Of a DNA stretch of 64,000 nucleotides, positions 39,830-49,361 are shown piece after piece. This DNA comes from Nitrospinales bacterium. GTDB taxonomy: Bacteria > Nitrospinota > Nitrospinia > Nitrospinales > VA-1. Made by a program: the position numbers and the translations under genes. The notes beneath the pieces were generated by a model, which searched no databases, was not told the DNA's origin, and saw only the letters and a program-made list of their open reading frames with translations. Numbering within the stretch: the stretch's first letter is position 1; each line of letters starts with the position of its first letter. The stretch covers positions 1,728,001-1,792,000 of the forward strand of contig CBDCXL010000002.1 of assembly GCA_965223795.1 (NCBI GenBank). Direction: 5' to 3'.

Positions 39830-41146
39830 TCACACATCGATGCAGTTTTGAAAACGTGTCAGCAGCCAGGGCCTGCCCCGGACTTTGAGCCTGCGGATGA
39901 GCAAAGCCCAAACAGGATGGGTTTCGCGGTTGACGATCCTGAGCCAGGTTGCGGTGTCGGCGGTGACGGTGAGATCGGCTGTGTCCTGGTGATCCGGTTT
40001 CACGGTGATTTTACGGTCCACAATGCGCACCCAGGCGGTGCGGGTTTCTTTCCCGGTAAAGATGAATTGCAGCGTGAGGTTCACGTCATCTGCTTTTTCG
40101 CGGTTGAAGGCGATCTGGATGCCGTGCAGGAATCCGTCGATGGATGCCGGGCGAAACTGGGTGCGGATCGGACGCAGGGTCTTGCGCGGGTTTTTGCGCA
40201 CGGCTTTTTCGGCCGTGGTTCCGGGGCGCGCGTACACCGGTTCTTTCTTTTCCGTGAGCGGTTTGACGATGGACTGCACGTATTGCTTTTTATCTTCGGC
40301 AAACGGTGCAAAGACGTCCTCCCCCGCCGGGCACACCGCCATGCAGTAGGCGGATTTGTAATTGGCTCCGAACGAAAGCGACTGCCAGAAGGACACCGTT
40401 TCGCTGTCTTTAAAGCGGGAGCGGTACTGCTGAACGTTGTCCGCGGACACCATGCCCTCGACCCAGTCCTGGAACCCGCCCATGAATTCCCGGTAGTTGT
40501 GGTTGTAGCAGGCGGAAAAATCGAATTCCCCGCTGGAATGGATCGCGCCGACCGGACAGGCGGCGACGCAGAGATTGCAGGTGACGCAGGGGTTGGCGGT
40601 GAGCGGTTCATCGTACTGATCCAGAACGGTGTCGATGAGAATGGTTTCCAGCAGGACGAAATTGCCGAAGCGGGGATGGATGACGTTGCGGTTTTTCCCC
40701 ATCTTGCCCATTCCCGCCTGTTCGGCGATGTGCTTGTGGCTCACGTCCCAGATTTTCAGGCTGCCCCAGCGGTCCATGTCCATGGGAAAGCCGACGGTGG
40801 GGACGACGCCGCGGACACCGAGGCCGTTGAGGCGTTTGAGAATCCTGCGCGCGACGTGGGTCAGATCCTCGATGGTCCTGTGGAATTCGTCGTTGGCGGC
40901 GTAGCGGGCGGGGCTTTGAATGTTTTCGCGGTTCATCGCCTGCACGATGGCAATCAGCGAGCGCGTGCGCGGATAGAGGTTCAGAATGTCTTTGCGTTCA
41001 CTGTCCAGCGCCGGCCGTTCGATGGGGATGACGCCGGCGTCGCCGGCGCCTTCTTCCAGGCAGATCGTTTTCAGGGTCTTGGCGGTGAGCGCTGGTGTTT
41101 GTTCTTTTTTCGATGCCTTGAGCAGGGTGGATGATGGGGCATTCAT
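39830..41146 (-). CDS. QueG/reductive-dehalogenase-like 4Fe-4S protein with C-terminal SCP2 domain
   Basis: SHKHIAEQAGMG.MGKN...IHPRFG, CVTCNLCVAACP, YCMAVCP; C-terminal ADLTVTAD..TWL...P..ALL.RRLKVRG. Confidence 0.85.
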   Translation of the reverse strand: MNAPSSTLLKASKKEQTPALTAKTLKTICLEEGAGDAGVIPIERPALDSERKDILNLYPRTRSLIAIVQAMNRENIQSPARYAANDEFHRTIEDLTHVARRILKRLNGLGVRGVVPTVGFPMDMDRWGSLKIWDVSHKHIAEQAGMGKMGKNRNVIHPRFGNFVLLETILIDTVLDQYDEPLTANPCVTCNLCVAACPVGAIHSSGEFDFSACYNHNYREFMGGFQDWVEGMVSADNVQQYRSRFKDSETVSFWQSLSFGANYKSAYCMAVCPAGEDVFAPFAEDKKQYVQSIVKPLTEKKEPVYARPGTTAEKAVRKNPRKTLRPIRTQFRPASIDGFLHGIQIAFNREKADDVNLTLQFIFTGKETRTAWVRIVDRKITVKPDHQDTADLTVTADTATWLRIVNRETHPVWALLIRRLKVRGRPWLLTRFQNCIDV

Positions 41147-41161
41147 GGGGATCTCCTATTT

Positions 41162-41175
41162 AGTGTATATACACT
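41162..41175. promoter_or_regulatory. perfect palindrome, candidate MarR operator
   Basis: AGTGTATATACACT; related copy AGAGTATATGCACC at 41660-41673. Confidence 0.7.
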
Positions 41176-41196
41176 TATATTGGGAAAATTTTTAAG

Positions 41197-41655
41197 TCAT
41201 GAATCCAGTGCGTTCACTGTGGATTTCAGGTTTTTCAGCAGATCGTTCCATTTGCCTTTTGTGAGGCGGCGGATCACCTGGGTCTGGGCGTCTTCCCAGT
41301 AAGGCAGGGCCTTGAGGAAGGCCTTTTTCCCCTGCGTGGTGACGCTCAACGACCGGGTGCGCTTGTCCTCGCCGGGGACGATGCGGACGAAGTTCTGCGC
41401 TTCCAGCGGTTTGAGGTTGCGGCTCAACGTGGTGCGGTCCATCACCAGTTCGCGGGACAGCTGTTTGACCGTGGCCGTGCCGGTGAGGGAAAGCACCGCA
41501 AGCAGGCTGAACTGGGTTGCCCTGAGGCCGGTGGGCTGCATGGTCTCATCGAAAATCTGGGTGACCGCCCGGGACGCCTTTCTCAGATTGAAGCAGGTGC
41601 AGTCCTTGAGCGAGGCGGCGGTTTTTTTCGAGGCGATGTGTTTGCTGTCGTTCAT
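41197..41655 (-). CDS. MarR-family transcriptional regulator
   Basis: CTCFNLRKASRAVTQ.FD, TQFSLL, MDRTTLSRNLKPLE, DKRTR. Confidence 0.95.
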   Translation of the reverse strand: MNDSKHIASKKTAASLKDCTCFNLRKASRAVTQIFDETMQPTGLRATQFSLLAVLSLTGTATVKQLSRELVMDRTTLSRNLKPLEAQNFVRIVPGEDKRTRSLSVTTQGKKAFLKALPYWEDAQTQVIRRLTKGKWNDLLKNLKSTVNALDS

Positions 41656-41661
41656 ATTGAG

Positions 41662-41690
41662 AGTATATGCACCTAATTGAAGCGCGTCAA
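41662..41690 (-). promoter_or_regulatory. sigma70-like promoter implying a leaderless marR mRNA
   Basis: TTGACG-N17-TATACT ending 6 nt before the ATG; no SD. Confidence 0.7.
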
Positions 41691-41751
41691 GTAATTTTTG
41701 ATGCAGGGGATTTTCCCGGTTCCGGAGCGGGGTGACGCCCGCTGTGACCCG

Positions 41752-42219
41752 TCAGGGCTTGATGTAGAGGTACCCCTGTTCCTGCAGGTCGGCGATGCGC
41801 TTGACGGCGACCGGGTGCTCGGTGGGCTTGAATCCCGCAGCCAGGGAATCGAGCGGTTTATTGAAAAGCTTCATGGAGACCTGGCACATTTCCGGCTCCA
41901 CGCCCTGGTCGACGATCTTCTTCAGGCCCTTGAACAGCGCCGGGTCCACTTCCTGTTTGTCGAACAGCTTCAGAGCAGGGCCGTGCACCACCACCTTGAC
42001 GTCGAGCTTGTCGGGGCCGCCTTCGGCTTCCATGTGCTTGTTGATGAGCGCCATTGCGTATTTCGCCACAGCGGGGTCGGCGCCGTCGATGTGGTACAGG
42101 ACCTTCAGCTTGCCGTCCGCGGTGCGGTGTTTGGATTCCCCCGCCTGGCTCGAGGCAGCTCCCAGGAATGCGATGATGAGCGCGGTGAACAGCCAGGTTT
42201 TTGTTTGGGTCAGCAGCAT
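41752..42219 (-). CDS. secreted DsrE/DsrF-like protein
   Basis: SD GGAGG, signal peptide (..SSQA), KVLYHID, VVVHGPAL, CQVSM, QEQGYLYIKP. Confidence 0.85.
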   Translation of the reverse strand: MLLTQTKTWLFTALIIAFLGAASSQAGESKHRTADGKLKVLYHIDGADPAVAKYAMALINKHMEAEGGPDKLDVKVVVHGPALKLFDKQEVDPALFKGLKKIVDQGVEPEMCQVSMKLFNKPLDSLAAGFKPTEHPVAVKRIADLQEQGYLYIKP

Positions 42220-42312
42220 GTCTTCCTCCTTGTGTATTACGAGCCTTTGAAGGTTGGTATGACAAATCCGGCTGTGGAAATGATCGTTCTCCGTGCCGGA
42301 CTGCATTGCGTT

Positions 42313-42684
42313 TCAATTGCCATTCAGACGGATCAGTTCGTTGAAACGGATGCGGGTTCCCGGGTACCCCTTTTGGAGGAGTATGTCGATGACCTGCTTG
42401 ATGGCTTTCACGTGGCGTTTTCTCGATTCTTCCCCGTCGAAATGCGGGTCCTCTTCCTCGATGGAGATCACGCCGGGAGCGACGTAGTTCAGGTAAAACG
42501 CGCCCAGCGGCCGGTCGTCCTGAACCGGACCATCCGTCGAGCCGCTGTTGACCACCACCATCGAGAGGTCGCCGCCGCCGGGATACACCTCAAAAAGCCC
42601 GCCATTGCGGACGGTGTTCGCACTGCAATATTCCAGGATGCGCATCACATCCTCATAGGGAACCGCTTTGTAAACCGCGTGCAT
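42313..42684 (-). CDS. hypothetical protein
   Basis: 123-aa ORF with normal codon usage and globular composition; no family recognised. Confidence 0.7.
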   Translation of the reverse strand: MHAVYKAVPYEDVMRILEYCSANTVRNGGLFEVYPGGGDLSMVVVNSGSTDGPVQDDRPLGAFYLNYVAPGVISIEEEDPHFDGEESRKRHVKAIKQVIDILLQKGYPGTRIRFNELIRLNGN

Positions 42685-42880
42685 GCCTGTTTCCGAATGG
42701 ATTGATATCTTTCAAGTCTAGCAGAATCCGGAGGCCGCTTGTGATATTTTGATGTGCGGGTAAAGCGGTTCTTCCCCGCCTTAAAGGGACCTCCCTTTCT
42801 GGAAGGGCGGGAGAAAACAGCCGGTTTTAGGCGAATTCCTCCATTCGGATTTTGCCTGAACAATGTTGGGAAAGGAAATC

Positions 42881-43495
42881 ATGCAAGACACGATCGAAGA
42901 ACTGATGGAAAAAATTCAGGTGCTTGAAAAAAGCCTGTGGTCCGAAATCCAGAAGAAGGAAAAGGAGTTTTACTACGAAATCAACCGCAAGAAAGTGCAA
43001 TTCGAACGCGAGGTGCGGGCGCAGCACAAGCTGCTGGTGGAAAAGATCCACCGTTATCTTTACCATTCGTCTGCACTGAACATCCTCACCGCTCCTGTGA
43101 TCTGGTTTTGCCTGATTCCGACGGTTTTCATGGATATTGCGGTCACGATTTACCAGACAGTCTGCTTTCCCGTGTACGGCATCCCCAAGGTGCGGCGCAG
43201 CGATTACGTGATCGTCGACCGCAACTACCTGGGCTATCTCAATTTCATCGAGAAGCTGAACTGCATGTACTGCGGCTATTTCAACGGGGTCGTGGCCTAT
43301 TTTCAGGAAGTGGGCGCGCGCACCGAACAGCACTGGTGCCCGATCAAGCACGCGCGCAAGTTGAAGGTGGTGCACAGCCGCTACAAAAACTTTCTCGATT
43401 ACGGCGACGGCGTCGGCTACCGGAAAAAATTCGCGACGGTACGCAGGCAGTTTGAGGATCTCAGCCCAAAAGCGGACCCACAGGATAAAGGTTGA
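42881..43495 (+). CDS. hypothetical membrane-associated protein with Cys/His motifs
   Basis: Coiled-coil N-terminus, hydrophobic segment, [27 protein letters not shown]. Confidence 0.8.
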   Translation: MQDTIEELMEKIQVLEKSLWSEIQKKEKEFYYEINRKKVQFEREVRAQHKLLVEKIHRYLYHSSALNILTAPVIWFCLIPTVFMDIAVTIYQTVCFPVYGIPKVRRSDYVIVDRNYLGYLNFIEKLNCMYCGYFNGVVAYFQEVGARTEQHWCPIKHARKLKVVHSRYKNFLDYGDGVGYRKKFATVRRQFEDLSPKADPQDKG

Positions 43496-43608
43496 CTTCA
43501 AGCGGACTCCTCTGTTACACAGCAGGCATTCGCCTGCAATCATCGAACCTTTGCCCCGCAACGGCGGCGTCTTTGTGCGAGCGGCAAAGCGGGACTCGGA
43601 CCTCAATC

Positions 43609-44478
43609 ATGAACTTCCAGAACATCATTCTTGAGCTGCAGAATTACTGGGCGTCGAAAGGCTGCGCCATTCATCAGCCCTACGACATCGAGGTGGGGGC
43701 GGGGACTTTCAATCCCAGCACGTTTTTCCGGGTGCTGGGGCCGGAGCCCTACCGGGCGGCGTATGTGGAGCCGTCACGCCGGCCGACGGACGGCCGCTAC
43801 GGCGAGAACCCCAACCGCCTGCAGCATTATTACCAGTACCAGGTCATCATCAAGCCTTCGCTGGAGGACATCCAGGAGCAGTATCTCAACAGCCTGGCGG
43901 TTCTGGGGATCGATCCGTTGGCGCACGACATCCGCTTCGTGGAGGACGACTGGGAATCGCCGACGCTGGGAGCCTGGGGACTGGGGTGGGAGGTCTGGCT
44001 GGACGGCATGGAGATCACGCAGTTCACGTATTTCCAGCAGGTGGGCGGCATCGACCTCGATCCGATTTCCGTGGAGCTGACCTATGGACTGGAACGGATC
44101 GCCATGTATCTGCAGAACGTCGACAACGTGTACGATCTGAAATGGAACGAAACGATCCTGTACGGCGACGTGCACCTGGAAACGGAAAAACAATTCTCCC
44201 GTTATAATTTCGAGGAATCGAACAAGGACCGGCTGTTTCAGTGGTTCGACATGTACGAGCAGGAGGCGAAGGATCTGCTGGAAAAAGACCTGGTGCTGCC
44301 GGGGTACGATTACACGTTGAAATGCTCGCACGCGTTCAACCAGCTCGACGCCCGCGGAGCGATCAGCGTGACGGAGCGGACGGGTTTCATCGCGCGGGTG
44401 CGCAAACTGGCACGGCTTTGCGCGGAAGGATACGTGCGTCGACGCGAGGAAATGGAATTTCCTCTAGCTGCCCGCTGA
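43609..44478 (+). CDS. glyQ: glycine-tRNA ligase alpha subunit
   Basis: [42 protein letters not shown]; start at MNFQNII. Confidence 0.98.
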   Translation: MNFQNIILELQNYWASKGCAIHQPYDIEVGAGTFNPSTFFRVLGPEPYRAAYVEPSRRPTDGRYGENPNRLQHYYQYQVIIKPSLEDIQEQYLNSLAVLGIDPLAHDIRFVEDDWESPTLGAWGLGWEVWLDGMEITQFTYFQQVGGIDLDPISVELTYGLERIAMYLQNVDNVYDLKWNETILYGDVHLETEKQFSRYNFEESNKDRLFQWFDMYEQEAKDLLEKDLVLPGYDYTLKCSHAFNQLDARGAISVTERTGFIARVRKLARLCAEGYVRRREEMEFPLAAR

Positions 44479-46905
44479 GGGTTCCTTGGGTTCTCCGGCT
44501 GCCGGGGCCGGGTCTTTCGGGGGATTGTCCTGCGTGGTCTTTGGCGGCTGGATCCAGCGCTTCAAGGCTTCCTCGATTTTGCTGCGCTCGGGATGGTTGA
44601 CTTCCTTGTAGATCGCCAGGGCTTTTTTCCCGGTCTGGGCGGCCTCTTCCTTGTTTTCCGATTTTTCCAGAGCCCGGCTGAGACTCCATAAAGCCTCGCC
44701 TTCCTTTCTGCGCTGGCCCAGGTTCTGAAACAGGGCCGCAGCCTGTTCGAAGCATTGGACCGCTTCGCCGAGCTTTTCCCACACCAGGTTGGCTTCTCCC
44801 ATCTGCACTTTGAGCTGCGCTTCGGAGATGGACTCTCCTTTTTCTGTGGCGAGCGCCAGAGCCGATTCGTAAAACGAGATGGCTTTTTTGGGTTTGCCGG
44901 TCTGCATCTGCGCGTCGCCCAGGTGCTGGTACAGCCGGATTTCACCCGGCTTGTCGCCGATCTTGCGGATCAGGTTCAGCGCTTCCTGGAACGACTCGAT
45001 GGCACTGTCGTGGTCGTTCAGGATGGTGTGCAGCTCGCCCAGATCTCCCAGCACGCGTCCCTGACGCCGCGTGTCCTCAAAGTCCCGGGCCAGCGCCAGC
45101 TCCTCATGATAATACTCCAGCGCCTTGAGGTTTTCCCCGACCTGGTGGTAGATCTGTCCCAGCCGCTGCAGCACGTTTTCCTCGTTCAGCTTGTTGTCGG
45201 ATTCCCGGATCAGGGTCAGCTCCTTCTCCAGCAGCTCGATGGCCTGATGCGGTTTGCCGAGCGCCAGGTAGGTCAACCCGAGGTGTCCCAGCGCCTCCCT
45301 TTCTCCCATTTCATCACCGGCTTCCCGGTAGCGGGACACGGCTTCTTCCAGTGCTTCGAGAGCGCGCTGGTGCTGGGTGAGTTTGTTGTACTGGCGGCCG
45401 ATTTCAAGCAGGTAGCGGGTGTGGGATTCTTCGTCCCCCTGGCGCTTTGACGATTGCACCGCGGCCTCGAACCAGCGGATGCACAGGGCGGGAGAATGCC
45501 TGAGCACAAGCAGCGGCGTTCCGGCCTCGGCGTAGGAGAGGCAGAGCTTGTCGGCCTCCGAATCCTTCTGGCTGAATTCCTCAGCCCAGGCCTGTCCGGC
45601 CTGTATGTTTTCCCATTCCATGTCGAACAGGCAGAGGCCGCGCAGCCGTTCTTTTCCTCCTGCATCGAACATGTCTTTTGCTGAGAGAAGCAGGGTCAGG
45701 TAGTACGTGGCCTGCCGTTTGCGCGCCAGGGTCATGGCCGATTTGTTGACACGCGGCGTGACAAACTTACGAACCAGGTCATGCATGAAATAGCGGTTGG
45801 ATTCTTTATCTGTCAGGATGAGACCGTTTAACAGCAGGAGTCCGAGATGTTCGTTGCTTTTGTCTTCGCAGATGAAGGATTCCGCCTTGGCATCGAAACG
45901 GTCTCGAAACAGGGTGGTTTTTTGCAAAACAGCGACGGTTTCCTCTGCCAGCTTCTCGTAGCTGATTTTGATCACCGCGTCGATGGGAGGCCTGGTTTTT
46001 TTTCCCGATGATCCTTTCGGGCCCTTGATTTCCCGGCGCAGGTTTTCCAGCAACGATCCCGGGTCCGAATGCGGATGAGCCGCAATGTAACGGGCCGCCA
46101 GGGTGAGAGCCAGCGGCTGGAATTCGGAGAGTTTCGCGATCTCGTTGCCCCAGTAGCCGATGCGCACGGAAATGCCCTGGATCAGGAGATTGGATTCGTC
46201 GGCGCTCAAAGGTCCGAGCTTGCGGGTCTCCAGACCGGGTGCGCCGAGAGCGCTGGCGGAGGTGATGATGAGCGCGCAATGCTTTGGCGGAGTCAGGTCT
46301 TTCAATGCGTCCTTGCCGGGCACGTTGTCGAGCAGCAGCGCGATTTTTTTGTTTTTCAAGACCTGTTTGTAAAGCCGGGTCCGTTCCCGATCGTTGACCG
46401 GAAGGATTTCGTTGGGCCGGAAATGATGGATGATGCGGGCTATCACCTCGCTGGGATCGACGGGATGCTGCGTTTCCCCGCGCATGTCAAAGTACAGTTG
46501 ATCGTCGCGGAACTTAGTGAACAGGCTGCGCGTGAAAGCCAGGGCCAGTGCGGTTTTGCCGATTCCGGACGGACCGCAGAGGCCAACCCTCAGAGGCGTG
46601 TTTTCGGACAGGGCATTGAGTTCCCTCAACTGGTTTTTTCTGCCGATGAATTCTTCGGGAAGGGTCGGGATCTTGTGGAGCTCCCCGACGGCGATGCGGC
46701 TGCTCACCGTTTTTTTCATGGCGCGCTCCAGTTCCTGTTTTCCTTGCGCGCTGGCTTCCGATTCGATGGCGGCGATCGAAGCGTCTTCATCCGGGGATTC
46801 CGCATTTTTTTCCCTGGAGTGTCCCTGGGACCCGGAACCCAAAAAGAATTTTACGGCCACCGCAATCGCGATGACGAGGATCAAAATCAGGATGGTTGTG
46901 GTCAC
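44464..46905 (-). CDS. membrane-anchored NB-ARC (STAND) NTPase with C-terminal TPRs
   Basis: N-terminal [37 protein letters not shown], then many TPRs. Confidence 0.9.
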   Translation of the reverse strand: MTTTILILILVIAIAVAVKFFLGSGSQGHSREKNAESPDEDASIAAIESEASAQGKQELERAMKKTVSSRIAVGELHKIPTLPEEFIGRKNQLRELNALSENTPLRVGLCGPSGIGKTALALAFTRSLFTKFRDDQLYFDMRGETQHPVDPSEVIARIIHHFRPNEILPVNDRERTRLYKQVLKNKKIALLLDNVPGKDALKDLTPPKHCALIITSASALGAPGLETRKLGPLSADESNLLIQGISVRIGYWGNEIAKLSEFQPLALTLAARYIAAHPHSDPGSLLENLRREIKGPKGSSGKKTRPPIDAVIKISYEKLAEETVAVLQKTTLFRDRFDAKAESFICEDKSNEHLGLLLLNGLILTDKESNRYFMHDLVRKFVTPRVNKSAMTLARKRQATYYLTLLLSAKDMFDAGGKERLRGLCLFDMEWENIQAGQAWAEEFSQKDSEADKLCLSYAEAGTPLLVLRHSPALCIRWFEAAVQSSKRQGDEESHTRYLLEIGRQYNKLTQHQRALEALEEAVSRYREAGDEMGEREALGHLGLTYLALGKPHQAIELLEKELTLIRESDNKLNEENVLQRLGQIYHQVGENLKALEYYHEELALARDFEDTRRQGRVLGDLGELHTILNDHDSAIESFQEALNLIRKIGDKPGEIRLYQHLGDAQMQTGKPKKAISFYESALALATEKGESISEAQLKVQMGEANLVWEKLGEAVQCFEQAAALFQNLGQRRKEGEALWSLSRALEKSENKEEAAQTGKKALAIYKEVNHPERSKIEEALKRWIQPPKTTQDNPPKDPAPAAGEPKEPSAGS

Positions 46906-47058
46906 GTTGGCGTGTTCCCTGAGATCAATGCATTGGGTGGGATGGACGTAGCAATGTGGTCCAGACGGCGGTGCCCGGTTCGGGACGCGAATATCATTAT
47001 ACCGTAGAATTCGGCCGCGGTGTGCGGTGGCGAGAAATAACCCGGTGCGGCGGTCTGG

Positions 47059-47087
47059 TTGACTTTGCAGGGTGGGTTTGTTATATC
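47059..47087 (+). promoter_or_regulatory. sigma70-like promoter of glyS
   Basis: TTGACT-N17-TATATC with upstream TG. Confidence 0.5.
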
Positions 47088-47189
47088 CCCCTTTCTATAC
47101 GATCTTATTCTTCCGGTTCCGGTTACAGGGTCCGGACTTCCTGGTTTTTCAGCCTCCCGTCGCTTGAGGACGGGAGGCCATGTGTTTTC

Positions 47190-49262
47190 ATGCCCCAATT
47201 TTTTCTGGAAATCGGCGCTGAGGAAATTCCCGCGGGCTACATCGAACCCGCTCTGCGCTACCTGGACCAAACACTCACGGCGTTTTTTTCGAAGAATCGA
47301 ATCGGTTCCGGAGCGTGCAGAACCTTTGGGACGCCGCGGCGGCTCACGGTCGCCTTTGCGGAGGTGGCTGCGAGGCAGGAGGACGTGGTGGAAACCCATC
47401 TCGGCCCCAATGTCAAGGCGGCCTACGACGCCCAGGGCCAGCCCACCAAGGCGGCTTTAGGATTCGCGCGGGGCAAGGGCATCGATGTGGCGCAGCTCAC
47501 CCGCGAGACGACGCCCAAGGGGGAAGTGATCTGTGCGCGTGTCGAGAATAAAGGACGCGCCACCGAGACCATCCTCAATGAAGTGCTGCCCGGTTTCATT
47601 GAAGCCATCCCGTTTCCCAAAAAAATGCGCTGGGAAAGCAAGCCTCTCGCATTCGCCCGGCCGATTCACTGGATCGTCGCGCTGTTCGGCGGAAACGTCC
47701 TGAGTTTTGAGTTCGACGGCATCGCCTGCGGCGACCGGTCGCGCGGCCACCGTTTTTTAAAGCCCGATTCCTTTGCAGTGCGTTCGCTGGATTCTTATTT
47801 GAAAGACAGCGCGGCGCATTTTCTGGTGGTGGATGCGGACGAACGCAGGAAATGGATCGCAGATGAGGTGCGCGCCCTGGCTCAGGAGGTGGGGGGCGAT
47901 GTGGAAGAGGATGCGAAGCTGCTCGATGTGGTGACGCACCTTGTGGAGTATCCGGTGGCGATCCGCGGCGATTTCGACCCGGATTACCTGATGCTGCCCA
48001 AGGAACTCCTGGAAATGACGATGAAGCACCATCAAAAGTATTTTCCCCTTGTCGGAAAAGACGGAACGCTGATGCCGCATTTCATCACGATCAGCAACAT
48101 GAAAGCTGAAAATCCCGGCGCCATCAAGCGGGGCAACGAGCGCGTTCTCAAGGCGCGGCTGGAGGATGCGCGGTTTTTCTTCGAGGAAGACCGCAAGCGG
48201 AAACTCGAAGAGTTCGTCGACGAACTCAAAGGCGTGGTGTTTCAGAAAGCGCTGGGCACTTCCTACGAGAAAGTGACCCGTTTCGCGGCGCTGTCCCGCA
48301 CGCTCGCCAAGACGGTCTGCCCGGCCAAGGAGGCAAAAGCGGCCCGCTGCGCCCTATTGAGCAAGGCGGATCTGGTGAGCCAGATGGTGTACGAGTTTCC
48401 GGAACTGCAGGGCATCATGGGCGGCTATTACGCGGCGCATTCGGGAGAAGAAGCGGAGGTGGCGGCCGCCATCAAGGAGCACTACCGTCCGGCGTTTTCC
48501 GGCGACCGCATGCCGGAAACCGAAACGGGCGCCGTGGTCGCCATCGCCGACAAGCTCGACACCATCCTGGGCTGCATCGGCGTCGGGCTGTTGCCTTCGG
48601 GATCGGAAGATCCGTATGGTCTCAGGCGTCATTCGCTGGGGATCATTCAGATCGTGCTCGACAAGGGCTGGCAGTTTTCCTTAAACGCCCTGATCGACGC
48701 GGGCATCGGGCAGCTTGAAGGCAAAATCAAGCTCGAGCCGCAAGCGATCCGGGGACACACGCTGGATCTTTTTTCCCAGCGCTACAAAACCCTGCTCAAC
48801 GACGAAGGATTTCCTTACGATGCGATCGATGCGGTTTTGTCGACCGGCATTGATTCCCTTTTGGATGTGAAGGAGAAAGTCGCCGCGTTTTCGGATTTGA
48901 AGCAGCAGCCCTACTTCGAACCTCTGGCCATCGCGTTCCGCCGCGTGGTGAGCATTCTGAATGAAGAGGCGCCGGGCGAGGTGGACACGGACGTTCTCAA
49001 GGAAGCCGCCGAGAAAGAGTTGTACGACCAATACCTGAACATCAAAGATCCGGTGCGCGAACACATCCGCAACAAGGAGTTTTCCCAGGCGCTGGCCCGC
49101 ATTGTCGAGATCAAGGATGCGGTCGATGCTTTTTTCGATCAGGTGATGGTCATGGTGAAGGACGATGCCGTGCGTAAAAACCGGCTGCACCTCTTGTTTT
49201 CGATCTCCCGTTTGTTTTCCGAACTGGCTGATTTTTCAAAGATTGTCGTCAAAAAGGGTTGA
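47190..49262 (+). CDS. glyS: glycine-tRNA ligase beta subunit
   Basis: LEIGAEEIP, TPRRL, FPKKMRW, EFPELQG.MG, SGSEDPYGLRR, DALR domain; start at MPQFFLE. Confidence 0.97.
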   Translation: MPQFFLEIGAEEIPAGYIEPALRYLDQTLTAFFSKNRIGSGACRTFGTPRRLTVAFAEVAARQEDVVETHLGPNVKAAYDAQGQPTKAALGFARGKGIDVAQLTRETTPKGEVICARVENKGRATETILNEVLPGFIEAIPFPKKMRWESKPLAFARPIHWIVALFGGNVLSFEFDGIACGDRSRGHRFLKPDSFAVRSLDSYLKDSAAHFLVVDADERRKWIADEVRALAQEVGGDVEEDAKLLDVVTHLVEYPVAIRGDFDPDYLMLPKELLEMTMKHHQKYFPLVGKDGTLMPHFITISNMKAENPGAIKRGNERVLKARLEDARFFFEEDRKRKLEEFVDELKGVVFQKALGTSYEKVTRFAALSRTLAKTVCPAKEAKAARCALLSKADLVSQMVYEFPELQGIMGGYYAAHSGEEAEVAAAIKEHYRPAFSGDRMPETETGAVVAIADKLDTILGCIGVGLLPSGSEDPYGLRRHSLGIIQIVLDKGWQFSLNALIDAGIGQLEGKIKLEPQAIRGHTLDLFSQRYKTLLNDEGFPYDAIDAVLSTGIDSLLDVKEKVAAFSDLKQQPYFEPLAIAFRRVVSILNEEAPGEVDTDVLKEAAEKELYDQYLNIKDPVREHIRNKEFSQALARIVEIKDAVDAFFDQVMVMVKDDAVRKNRLHLLFSISRLFSELADFSKIVVKKG

Positions 49263-49361
49263 AAAGCCCTTGGGCTTCGGATACCCTAGCTCGCGATCCC
49301 GTTTCACCGACTTGACCTAAGCCCTTTATTTTTGGGGTATTCCGGTAAAACTTTGAAACAC

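Noticed and set aside
46956..47189. N-terminal extensions given by the ORF track for glyS (also glyQ, mlaF, mlaE, MsbA-like, DsrE)
   Set aside because: Family homology and SD positions favour downstream ATGs; the glyS extension covers a candidate promoter
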